The notes below the pieces were generated by a model. That model was not told the DNA's origin and made no database searches. It saw only the letters and a list, made by a program, of their open reading frames with translations. From Pseudomonas aeruginosa (GTDB taxonomy: Bacteria > Pseudomonadota > Gammaproteobacteria > Pseudomonadales > Pseudomonadaceae), in assembly GCF_001457615.1 (NCBI RefSeq), contig NZ_LN831024.1, positions 6,150,001 to 6,182,000 on the forward strand: DNA of 32,000 nt. The letters run 5' to 3'. Positions within the stretch are counted from its first letter, which is position 1, and each line of letters opens with the position of its first letter. Below, piece after piece: positions 7,877 to 17,258 of the stretch. The position numbers were made by a program, and so were the translations under genes.

Positions 7877-8905
7877 ATGACCCTGCCACAGACCATGAAA
7901 GCCGCGGTCGTGCACGCCTACGGCGCGCCGCTGCGGATCGAGGAAGTCAAGGTTCCGCTGCCCGGCCCCGGGCAGGTACTGGTGAAGATCGAAGCCTCCG
8001 GCGTCTGCCACACCGACCTGCATGCCGCCGAGGGCGACTGGCCGGTGAAGCCGCCGTTGCCGTTCATTCCCGGTCACGAAGGCGTCGGCTACGTCGCCGC
8101 GGTGGGCAGCGGAGTGACCCGAGTGAAGGAAGGCGACCGGGTCGGCATCCCCTGGCTGTACACCGCCTGCGGCTGCTGCGAGCACTGCCTGACCGGCTGG
8201 GAGACCCTCTGCGAGAGCCAGCAGAACACCGGCTACTCGGTGAACGGCGGCTATGCCGAATACGTATTGGCCGACCCGAACTACGTCGGAATTCTGCCGA
8301 AAAACGTCGAATTCGCTGAAATCGCGCCGATCCTCTGCGCCGGCGTCACCGTCTACAAGGGGCTCAAGCAGACCAACGCGCGCCCCGGCCAGTGGGTGGC
8401 GATCTCCGGCATCGGCGGCCTCGGCCACGTCGCCGTGCAGTACGCCAGGGCCATGGGCCTGCACGTCGCCGCCATCGACATCGACGACGCCAAGCTGGAA
8501 CTGGCGCGCAAGCTCGGTGCCAGCCTGACGGTCAACGCCCGGCAGGAAGACCCGGTGGAGGTGCTCCAGCGCGACATCGGCGGCGCCCACGGGGTGCTGG
8601 TCACCGCGGTATCCAACAGCGCCTTCGGCCAGGCCATCGGCATGGCGCGCCGCGGCGGCACCATCGCCCTGGTCGGCCTGCCGCCGGGTGACTTCCCGAC
8701 GCCGATCTTCGACGTGGTGCTCAAGGGCCTGCACATCGCCGGCTCAATCGTCGGCACCCGCGCGGACCTTCAGGAAGCCCTCGACTTTGCCGGCGAAGGC
8801 CTGGTCAAGGCGACCATCCATCCGGGCAAGCTGGACGACATCAACCAGATCCTCGACCAGATGCGCGCCGGGCAGATCGAGGGGCGCATCGTCCTCGAGA
8901 TGTGA
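7877..8905 (+). CDS. adhA: Zinc-dependent alcohol dehydrogenase
   Basis: I prefer ATG 7877, 6 nt after AAGGAG, because the ATG at 7871 abuts the SD. This gives 342 aa. Motifs: [16 protein letters not shown], the CGCCEHC structural-Zn cluster and GIGGLGH. Confidence 0.9.
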   Translation: MTLPQTMKAAVVHAYGAPLRIEEVKVPLPGPGQVLVKIEASGVCHTDLHAAEGDWPVKPPLPFIPGHEGVGYVAAVGSGVTRVKEGDRVGIPWLYTACGCCEHCLTGWETLCESQQNTGYSVNGGYAEYVLADPNYVGILPKNVEFAEIAPILCAGVTVYKGLKQTNARPGQWVAISGIGGLGHVAVQYARAMGLHVAAIDIDDAKLELARKLGASLTVNARQEDPVEVLQRDIGGAHGVLVTAVSNSAFGQAIGMARRGGTIALVGLPPGDFPTPIFDVVLKGLHIAGSIVGTRADLQEALDFAGEGLVKATIHPGKLDDINQILDQMRAGQIEGRIVLEM

Positions 8906-8911
8906 CCTGCG

Positions 8912-8933
8912 GGGCGGCGTCCCGGCGCCGCCC
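8912..8933. terminator. Hairpin between convergent adhA and the LysR gene
   Basis: GGGCGGCG-tcccgg-CGCCGCCC. There is no clear U-tract on either strand. Confidence 0.35.
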
Positions 8934-8941
8934 TTGCCTGT

Positions 8942-9850
8942 CTACTCGACGCTGCCCAGCCCGCCTTCCAGCTTGCGCCAGAGCAGGCGGATCGCCGCCT
9001 TGCGTACCAGCGCGCAGCGGTACAGGCGGATTTCCTGCGGCACGAACCATTGCGGCCCGCCACAGATCGCCAGCTCACAGCGCTCCAGTTCGTTGACCAC
9101 GCTCAGCCGTGGCACCCAGGCCACGCCCATGCCTTGCAGCGCCATGCTCTTCAGGCTGTCGGCCATCGCCGTCTCGTAGACCGTGGTGTAGCGCAGGTTG
9201 CGCTGGCGCAGCAGCAGGTTGACCCCGCGACCGAGGAAGGCGCTGGCGCTGTAGGCGAGCAGCGGCACGCTCTGGCCGTTCTCCAGGTCGAACAGCGGCA
9301 GGCCCTCGGCGTTCACCGCGCAGACCGGCAGCATCTCGGTGCGCCCCAGGTGCAGCGAGGGGAAGATCTCCGGGTCCATCTGCAACGCGGCGTCAGGGTC
9401 GTAGAACGCCAGCATCAGGTCGCAGCTACCCTCGCGCAGGGAATGCACCGCCTCGCCGACGTTGGTGGCGATCAGCCGGCTGGCGATGTTCAGCCCCTCG
9501 TTGCGCAGCCGCGCGATCCACTGCGGGAAGAAGCCCAGCGCCAGCGAGTGGGCGGCGGCGAACTGCAGCACCTCGCCCTGCCCGCCTTCCAGGTGGTGCA
9601 GGTGGCGCACCACCTGGCCGAGCTGCTCGACCACGCTGCGCGCGGTGACCAGGAACAGCTGCCCGGCCTCGGTCAGTTCCACCGGCGTGCGCTGGCGATT
9701 CACCAGGGTCAGGCCGAGGGCGTCCTCCAGGCTGCGAATGCGCCGGCTGAAGGCCGGCTGGGTGACGAAGCGTTTCTCCGCCGCCTGGGAAAAGCTGCGG
9801 GTGCCGGCCAGGGCGATGAAATCCTCCAGCCACTTCAGTTCGAGGTTCAC
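8942..9850 (-). CDS. LysR-family transcriptional regulator (YjiE/HypT-like N-terminus)
   Basis: 302-aa ORF with a GTG start. The HTH region reads LKWLEDFIALAGTRSFSQAAEKRFVTQPAFSRRIRSLE. It is divergent from aspA. Confidence 0.85.
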   Translation of the reverse strand: MNLELKWLEDFIALAGTRSFSQAAEKRFVTQPAFSRRIRSLEDALGLTLVNRQRTPVELTEAGQLFLVTARSVVEQLGQVVRHLHHLEGGQGEVLQFAAAHSLALGFFPQWIARLRNEGLNIASRLIATNVGEAVHSLREGSCDLMLAFYDPDAALQMDPEIFPSLHLGRTEMLPVCAVNAEGLPLFDLENGQSVPLLAYSASAFLGRGVNLLLRQRNLRYTTVYETAMADSLKSMALQGMGVAWVPRLSVVNELERCELAICGGPQWFVPQEIRLYRCALVRKAAIRLLWRKLEGGLGSVE

Positions 9851-9914
9851 GACGGGAAAGGCTCCGGTAATGCGATGACACGTCCGCCATCATACCAGCG
9901 TCACATCCAACATT

Positions 9915-9929
9915 ATGCCGTTTGTGCAT
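9915..9929. promoter_or_regulatory. Candidate LysR box (ATGC-N7-GCAT, T-N11-A type)
   Basis: The dyad ATGCCGTTTGTGCAT lies in the 175-nt LysR/aspA divergent spacer. Confidence 0.35.
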
Positions 9930-10025
9930 GAGGCAGCGTTTAACAGCATTGGCCACGAAATCGTCACATCCTTAGTCTAGTGGGCATCGCGGCACTGGCC
10001 GTGTCCCTCTGAGACAAATCCCGTC

Positions 10026-11450
<1,425 letters not shown>

Positions 11451-11476
11451 TCCGATACGAGATCGAGCGCGCCCAG

Positions 11477-11500
11477 GTCCGGCTGTCGACGCAGCCGGGC
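11477..11500 (+). other. Hairpin 27 nt after the aspA stop (no U-tract)
   Basis: CCGGCTG-tcgacg-CAGCCGG, extended by G.U and G-C pairs. Confidence 0.4.
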
Positions 11501-11562
11501 CGCAGCGCAGCCGATCGAAGAAGGCTCACCGGTAGAGGGGGAGTACTACCCCCTCGACCTTT

Positions 11563-11593
11563 AGGGATGGATACCCTTCATCCCTTCTTTTAT
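11563..11593 (+). terminator. Weak intrinsic terminator-like hairpin (unit 1)
   Basis: AGGGATG-gataccctt-CATCCCT followed by TCTTTTAT. Confidence 0.4.
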
Positions 11594-11669
11594 ACCCGGC
11601 GCCCCGGCCCAGCCGCGGCGCCACGCTCACCGGTCGAGAGGGATACCAACTTTCCCTCTCTACACTCTG

Positions 11670-11705
11670 AGGGACACGGCGACCTGCGGTGTCCCTTCTT
11701 TTTTT
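11670..11705 (+). terminator. Rho-independent terminator (unit 2)
   Basis: AGGGACAC-ggcgacctgcg-GTGTCCCT followed by TCTTTTTTT. The orientation fits the + strand only. Confidence 0.75.
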
Positions 11706-11813
11706 CACCGCTCAGGACGGCCCGCAGATCTTCCCCGTTGCCGAGGTGTTGTGTGGCTGCGCTCACCTGTGGATAACGTCCGCGTCATACGTCCTACGAA
11801 GGCATATCCCCTC

Positions 11814-13028
11814 TCAACACCCCGTCAACCCTTGCTCCCGCCGCTCCTCCGGGAAGAAATAAGGCCTCAATACCCGTACCCCGACGCTGTTGCCGGCAAA
11901 CGCCGCCACCAACCACAACCAGCCATGCAGGCTGCCGGACGCGATCCCGCTGAAATACGCGCCGATGTTGCAGCCATAGGCCAGGCGCGCGCCGTAGCCG
12001 AGCAGCAGCCCGCCGATCACCGCCGCCGCCAGCGAACGGCGCGGGATGTCCAGGTTCGGCGCAAAGCGTCCGGCCAGGCCGGCGGCGAGCAGCGCGCCGA
12101 GGACGATGCCGATGTCCATCACGCTGGTGATGTCTTCCCACAGCGGCGCGGCCAGCGCCTTGGCGTTCGCCGGCGTCTGCCAGAAGGCCCAGGCGCCGAC
12201 GTCCAGGCCCACGCCCTGGGCGATCTTCGCGCCCCACAGGGCGAAGGCCGACGTGATGCCCCAGGGGCGTCCGGCGAGGTACAGGGTGAGGAAGTTGAGC
12301 AGCGCCAGCGCCAACGCGCCCCAGACCAGCGGCCAGGGGCCGCGGAGGAAGCGCCGCCAACCCCACCATTCGGCGCTCGGCGGGGTTTCCAGGGCGCCGT
12401 GGCGGGCCTTCTCCATGCGTACCGTGACCCCGGCGATGCCGATGAACACCGCCAGGCTCAACACCAGCGCCGGTGCCAGGCCCAGTTCGGCGACCAGCGA
12501 GATCGGCGGCAGCGACGGCAGGGCGAACCACCAGCCGACATGCTGGGTGGCGATCAGCGAGCCGAGGATGAAGAACAGCAGGGTCACCAGCATCCGCGCG
12601 TTGCCGCCGCCGACGGTGAACAGGGTGCCGGAGGCGCAGCCGCCGCCCAGTTGCATGCCGATGCCGAAAATGAAGGCGCCGACGATCACCGAAGTGCCGA
12701 CCGGCGAGACGAAACCGCTCACCGGCTGGCCGAACAGGCTGCCCGCCGCCAGCGCCGGGAAGAACAGCAGCACCGCCAGCGCCAGCATCACCATCTGCGC
12801 GCGCAGCCCGGCGCCACGCCGTTCGCGGATGAATACCCGCCAGGCGGAGGTGAAGCCGAAGGCGGCGTGGTAGAGGGTCAGGCCCAGGGCGCCGCCGACG
12901 ATGAAGAGGATGGCCTGGCGCGCGCTGACCGCGTTGAACAGGAACAGCCCGCCGAGCACCAGCAGGGCGAAGGCGATCAGGGGGGCGGCGAGCTTGCGCT
13001 CGGGCGCGGCGGAAAGGGCGACACTCAT
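11814..13028 (-). CDS. YeeE/YedE family inner-membrane protein (putative sulfur-compound/thiosulfate transporter)
   Basis: 404-aa polytopic ORF with the duplicated YeeE/YedE Cys-containing motifs (GGGCASG, AYGCNIG). AGGAG SD lies upstream. Confidence 0.75.
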   Translation of the reverse strand: MSVALSAAPERKLAAPLIAFALLVLGGLFLFNAVSARQAILFIVGGALGLTLYHAAFGFTSAWRVFIRERRGAGLRAQMVMLALAVLLFFPALAAGSLFGQPVSGFVSPVGTSVIVGAFIFGIGMQLGGGCASGTLFTVGGGNARMLVTLLFFILGSLIATQHVGWWFALPSLPPISLVAELGLAPALVLSLAVFIGIAGVTVRMEKARHGALETPPSAEWWGWRRFLRGPWPLVWGALALALLNFLTLYLAGRPWGITSAFALWGAKIAQGVGLDVGAWAFWQTPANAKALAAPLWEDITSVMDIGIVLGALLAAGLAGRFAPNLDIPRRSLAAAVIGGLLLGYGARLAYGCNIGAYFSGIASGSLHGWLWLVAAFAGNSVGVRVLRPYFFPEERREQGLTGC

Positions 13029-13064
13029 GGCTACTCCTGGGCGCGAGGGTGATCCGGGGGCATT

Positions 13065-14540
13065 CTAGTCAGTCGCGACGACGGGTCCAACCAGGGCCTC
13101 CCGCCGCCAGGCCTTGCGCAACGCCCGCAGCGCCTCGTCGATACGCGCCTCGGGTACTGCCGCGAAGCCCAGCACCAGGCCCGCGCGGTCGTCTGGCGCA
13201 ACGCTGGAGTCGTCCATCCAGTAGTCGCTCAAGGCGCTGACTTCCACCCCGGCGGCTGCCGCCGCGGCGATCAGGGCCCGCTCCCGCGCCAGGCTGTCGA
13301 CCCGCACGCACAGGTGCAGCCCCGCCTCCACCGCCGGCAACGGCTGGCAACCCGGCGCCTCTGGCCAGCCCCGCAGCAAGGCGTCGCGGCGGGCGCGGGC
13401 GGCGCGGCGCATGCGGCGGACGTGGCGCTGGAAATGCCCCTCGGCGATGAAGTCGGCCATGACCCGCTGGGTGCCCACCTCCGAATGGCGTACCTCGATG
13501 GCCCGCCGCTGGCGGAAGCGCTCGACCAGCGCCGGCGGGACCACCAGGTAGCCCAGGCGCAACGCCGGGAAGGCGATCTTGCAGAAGGTCCCGACGTAGA
13601 GCACCCGGCCCTGTCGGTCCAGCGCGGCCAGCGGCGCCAGCGGCGTACCGCTGTAGCGATACTCGCCGTCGTAGTCGTCCTCGACGATCCAACCGTCGGC
13701 GCGCTCGGCCCACTCCAGCAGCTCCAGGCGCCGCGCCAGCGACAGGGTGACGCCGGTGGGGTACTGGTGTGACGGCGTGACATAGGCCAGGCGGCAGCCG
13801 GCAATGCCCGCGAGCCGGTCGCTGCGCAGCCCCTCGGCGTCGAGGTCGATCCCGTGCGGTACCGCGCCGGTCGCGGCGAAGGCCAGGCGCGCCGCGCGGT
13901 AGCCAGGGTTTTCCACAGCCACCGGATCGCCGTTCTCGAGCAACACCTGGGCGCACAGGCGGATGGCCTGCTGCGCGCCATGGGTGACGATCACCTGTTC
14001 CGCCTCGCAGCGCAGGCCGCGCGCGCTGCGCAGGTAGGCGGCGATCAGCTCGCGCAGGCGCGCCTCGCCGGCCGGGTCGCCGTAGCCCAGGCAGTCCGCC
14101 GGTGGGTTGCGCCAGAAGCGCGCCTGTAGCCGCGCCCAGGTGTCGAAGGGGAACAGGTCGAAGGCCGGCACGCCGACGCGGAACGCTCGCGGCGCGCCTT
14201 CCGGTGGCGGCGCCAGGGCCGCCGGGCCGCGCGGCGCGGGAGCGCTCGGGGCGACGGCGGGGGCCCTGCCTGGGATTTCCTGCAACTCGGCAACGTAGGT
14301 GCCGTCGCCTGTGCGCCCGTCGATATAGCCCTCGGCGTGCAACTGTTCATAGGCCCGCACCACGGTGTTGCGCGAGACCTTCAGGGCCTGGGCCAGTTCG
14401 CGGCTGGCGGGCATCCGCGTGCGGCTGCCGAGGCGGCCGTCGAGGATCCGTTCGCGCAGCGCGGCGTAGAGCTGGCGGGCCAGGCCCTGGGCGGGGTCGA
14501 GGTGGATGCCGGCGGCGTCGAAGGGCAGTACGGTGGCCAT
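13065..14540 (-). CDS. MocR/GabR-type regulator (GntR HTH fused to a PLP aminotransferase-like domain)
   Basis: 491-aa ORF. The N-terminal GntR HTH reads MPASRELAQALKVSRNTVVRAYEQL. The C-terminal fold-type-I domain carries a putative PLP lysine in GTFCKIAFPALRLGY. Confidence 0.85.
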   Translation of the reverse strand: MATVLPFDAAGIHLDPAQGLARQLYAALRERILDGRLGSRTRMPASRELAQALKVSRNTVVRAYEQLHAEGYIDGRTGDGTYVAELQEIPGRAPAVAPSAPAPRGPAALAPPPEGAPRAFRVGVPAFDLFPFDTWARLQARFWRNPPADCLGYGDPAGEARLRELIAAYLRSARGLRCEAEQVIVTHGAQQAIRLCAQVLLENGDPVAVENPGYRAARLAFAATGAVPHGIDLDAEGLRSDRLAGIAGCRLAYVTPSHQYPTGVTLSLARRLELLEWAERADGWIVEDDYDGEYRYSGTPLAPLAALDRQGRVLYVGTFCKIAFPALRLGYLVVPPALVERFRQRRAIEVRHSEVGTQRVMADFIAEGHFQRHVRRMRRAARARRDALLRGWPEAPGCQPLPAVEAGLHLCVRVDSLARERALIAAAAAAGVEVSALSDYWMDDSSVAPDDRAGLVLGFAAVPEARIDEALRALRKAWRREALVGPVVATD

Positions 14541-14568
14541 GGCGGTCTCGGAGGGAAGAAAGCGCCAG

Positions 14569-14594
14569 TGTGGATTGGACCTGTGGAATTGACC
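14569..14594. promoter_or_regulatory. Adjacent 13-nt direct repeats (candidate MocR operator)
   Basis: TGTGGATTGGACC (14569-14581) is immediately followed by TGTGGAATTGACC (14582-14594), 11 of 13 identical. A third, looser TGGAT…GGACC lies at 14600-14617. All sit in the 127-nt MocR/GNAT divergent spacer. Confidence 0.45.
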
Positions 14595-14667
14595 AGCAAT
14601 GGATCTTCTAGCGGACCATTTCCCGGCCTAGTCTGGAGGCACCTTTACCCGGACATGGAACCGAGCC

Positions 14668-15117
14668 ATGAGCACGTCCCTGCAGATTCGTCCCGTCGGC
14701 GCCGGCGACCACGCCGCCTGGCTGCCGCTGTGGGAGGGCTACCAGCGCTTCTACAAGACCGAGATCGCCGCCGCTACCAGCGACGCCACCTGGCAGCGCT
14801 TCCTCGACGCCGACGAACCGATGAACGCCGCCCTCGCCTGGCTCGACGAGCGCGCCGTAGGCCTGGTGCACTGGATCTACCACCGCTCCTGCTGGACCGT
14901 CGGCGACTACTGCTACCTGCAGGACCTGTTCGTCGCCGAGGGCCTGCGCGGCGAAGGCATAGGGCGCCGGCTGATCGAGCATGTCTACGCCGAGGCCGGC
15001 GCCGCTGGCTGTTCGCGGGTGCACTGGCTGACCCACGAGAGCAACAGCGACGCGATGAAGCTGTACGAGCGCATCGCCGACAAGTCCGGTTTCCTTCAGT
15101 ACCGCAGGATTCTCTGA
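14668..15117 (+). CDS. GNAT family N-acetyltransferase
   Basis: 149-aa ORF with acetyl-CoA-binding motif A (LRGEGIGRRLIEHV). Confidence 0.8.
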   Translation: MSTSLQIRPVGAGDHAAWLPLWEGYQRFYKTEIAAATSDATWQRFLDADEPMNAALAWLDERAVGLVHWIYHRSCWTVGDYCYLQDLFVAEGLRGEGIGRRLIEHVYAEAGAAGCSRVHWLTHESNSDAMKLYERIADKSGFLQYRRIL

Positions 15118-15125
15118 GGCCCACC

Positions 15126-15800
15126 ATGCGCGAACCCTTGAACTGGCGCCCCGTCGCCACTCCACCCCACGCCCCGCTCGACGGCCGCTTCGTCAAGCTC
15201 GAACCGCTCGATCCGCAACGCCACGGCGACGACCTGTGGGACGCCCTGCAAGGGCCTGGCGCCGACCCGTTGCTGTGGGAATACCTGGCCTACGGCCCGT
15301 TCGCCGAGCGCCCGGCGTTCGACGCCTGGCTGGCCGGCCAGGCGGCCAGCCGCGACCCGCTGTTCTTCGCCGTGCGCGAGCGGCGCACGCAGCGCGCCGT
15401 CGGCCTGCTCAGCTACCTGCGGATCACGCCGAAGGATGGCGTCATCGAAATCGGCCATATCGCCTTCGGCGCGCCGATGCAGCGCACACCGGGGTCTACC
15501 GAGGCGGTCTACCTGCTCGCCGAACTCGCCCTCGGCCGCCTCGGCTACCGCCGCCTGGAGTGGAAGTGCAATGCCGGCAACGCCCGTTCGATGCGCGCCG
15601 CCGAGCGCCTGGGCTTCACCTACGAAGGCACCTTCCGCCAGCACATGGTGGTCAAGCAGCGCAACCGCGACACCGCCTGGTTCTCCCTGCTCGACAGCGA
15701 ATGGCCGGCGCGACAGGCGGCGTTCGAGCGCTGGCTCGATCCTTCCAACTTCGACGCCGAAGGCCGCCAGCGGCAGACGCTGGAGGCGCTGCGCGACTAG
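15126..15800 (+). CDS. GNAT family N-acetyltransferase (RimJ/RimL-like)
   Basis: The ATG at 15126 lies 8 nt after the previous stop and gives 224 aa. Conserved stretch: RLEWKCNAGNARSMRAAERLGFTYEGTFRQHMV. Confidence 0.8.
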   Translation: MREPLNWRPVATPPHAPLDGRFVKLEPLDPQRHGDDLWDALQGPGADPLLWEYLAYGPFAERPAFDAWLAGQAASRDPLFFAVRERRTQRAVGLLSYLRITPKDGVIEIGHIAFGAPMQRTPGSTEAVYLLAELALGRLGYRRLEWKCNAGNARSMRAAERLGFTYEGTFRQHMVVKQRNRDTAWFSLLDSEWPARQAAFERWLDPSNFDAEGRQRQTLEALRD

Positions 15801-15824
15801 CCCCTGGCAGGGACTGCCGGTCGC

Positions 15825-17078
15825 TCAACGGTACTCCGGCAGCCAGTGCAGGCTGGCCAGGATGTGCGCGACCGCGTTGGCCACGCCGAACAGCAGCACC
15901 AGCACGATCGCCGGCGTGCCGCCCCAGGCGCGGAACAGCGGGCTGCCGAAGCGCTTGCGCGAGGCCCGCGCCATCAGCGCCGGAACGATCACCGCCCAGA
16001 ACGCCGCGGCCAGCCCGGCGAAACCGATGGCGTAGATGAAGCCGTTGGGGAACAGCAGCCCGCCGATGGTCGGTGGGACGAAGGTCAGCAACGCGGTCTT
16101 GAAGCGCCCGAAGTGGCTGTCGTCGAACTTGCACAGGTCGGCCAGGTAGTCGAACAGGCCGAGGGTCACGCCGAGGAAGGAGCTGGCCACCGCCAGGTTG
16201 GAGAAGGTGGTGAGCAACGCGTTCAGCGAATCCGACGCGGTGATCCGGTGCAGGTATTCCACCAGGGTGCCGACGTTGCTGCCGCCGGCGATGATGCCCT
16301 TGAACTGCTCGCGCGGGATGGTGCCCAGGGTGCTGGCCTGCCACAGCAGGTAGATGGCCAGGGCGATCAGGGTGCCGATCCACAGCGAACGGCTGATCCG
16401 CTGCGGGTCCTTGCCGTAGTACTTCATCAGGCTCGGCACGTTGCCGTGGTAACCGAAGGAAGTCAGGCAGAACGGCAGGGTCGCCAGCAGGTAGGGCCAG
16501 TAGACCGCGTCCGGCTCGCCGCTGTTGAACAGGATCGCCGGCTGGATGCGCCCGAGCAGGCCGCTGATGGAGAGGCCGAACGTAATGATCATGCCGCCGA
16601 GCATCAGCGTGGTGATGCGGTCCACCGCGCGGGTGCTCCACCACACCACCAGCGCCACCGCCAGGGCGAACAGCAGCCCGGCGAGCTTTTCCGGCAGGGT
16701 CACGCCGAGGCCGCTGGACAGGGTGTAGCCGATGATCGAGCCGCCGCCGGAGATATAGGCATAGGTGAGGATATAGAGGACGAAGGCGATGCTCAGCCCG
16801 TTGACCACATTCCAGCCCTGGCCGAGCAGGTCACGGGTGATGGTCGAGAAGCTCGAGCCCACCGGGTAGTTGAGGTTGGCCTCGAGGATCATCATCCCCG
16901 ACAGCAGCATGCAGAACCAGGTGAGCAGGAACACCGCCACCGACCAGCCGAACCAGATGCCGGACATGGCGATGGGCAGGGAGAACATTCCGGCGCCGAC
17001 GGCGGTGCCGGCGATGATCATCGAACCGCCGAGCAGCGAGGGCCGGCGGCTGGGCGTTTGAGCTGGAGAGGACGACAC
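15825..17078 (-). CDS. mtr: Aromatic amino acid (tryptophan) permease, HAAAP family
   Basis: 417-aa ORF with GTG start and [36 protein letters not shown] and LEANLNY closely resemble E. coli Mtr/TyrP. Confidence 0.85.
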   Translation of the reverse strand: MSSSPAQTPSRRPSLLGGSMIIAGTAVGAGMFSLPIAMSGIWFGWSVAVFLLTWFCMLLSGMMILEANLNYPVGSSFSTITRDLLGQGWNVVNGLSIAFVLYILTYAYISGGGSIIGYTLSSGLGVTLPEKLAGLLFALAVALVVWWSTRAVDRITTLMLGGMIITFGLSISGLLGRIQPAILFNSGEPDAVYWPYLLATLPFCLTSFGYHGNVPSLMKYYGKDPQRISRSLWIGTLIALAIYLLWQASTLGTIPREQFKGIIAGGSNVGTLVEYLHRITASDSLNALLTTFSNLAVASSFLGVTLGLFDYLADLCKFDDSHFGRFKTALLTFVPPTIGGLLFPNGFIYAIGFAGLAAAFWAVIVPALMARASRKRFGSPLFRAWGGTPAIVLVLLFGVANAVAHILASLHWLPEYR

Positions 17079-17205
17079 CTGGACTTCCCGATAGTCAGCG
17101 CCTGCGGCGCGACGCGCCGTTGGGCAGAGGCGGCATTCTAGGCGGCGCGCGCGCCGGGCGCACCCTGGCAGGGCGAACAGCCGGCCGACGCGGCAACCGA
17201 TGCCG

Positions 17206-17234
17206 ATAAAAAAAGGGGAGCATCATGCTCCCCC
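17206..17234 (-). terminator. Rho-independent terminator after pycB
   Basis: On the minus strand, GGGGAGC-atgat-GCTCCCC is followed by TTTTTTTTAT, about 25 nt after the pycB stop. Confidence 0.85.
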
Positions 17235-17258
17235 AGGGACTTTAACCGTCTGTCGCGG

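Larger units (their letters stand above)
11524..11705 (+). repeat. Tandem duplicated two-hairpin module (candidate sRNA pair or structured aspA 3'-UTR)
   Basis: Two units start at 11524 and 11625, 101 nt apart. Each has GCTCACCGGT, then hairpin 1 (GAGGGGG/CCCCCTC in unit 1, GAGAGGG/CCCTCTC in unit 2), then hairpin 2 ending in TCCCTTCTTTT. Confidence 0.6.

Noticed and set aside
11526-11776. Small ORFs in the aspA-yeeE spacer (60 aa on the - strand at 11526-11708; 69 aa on the + strand at 11567-11776), considered as a possible small protein or type I toxin.
   Set aside because: They have no SD, no hydrophobic or otherwise protein-like composition, and they run straight through the hairpin and terminator structures. 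The region is better explained as structured RNA or repeats.
17130-17146. The 11-mer TAGAATGCCGC is shared between the mtr upstream region (minus strand, about 17130-17140) and the uvrD upstream region (31842-31852). I considered it a common regulatory motif.
   Set aside because: A single shared 11-mer between two sites is within chance expectation for 64 kb of two-strand sequence. It is most simply a -10 hexamer followed by GC-rich sequence. It is worth noting only as a possible -10 for mtr.
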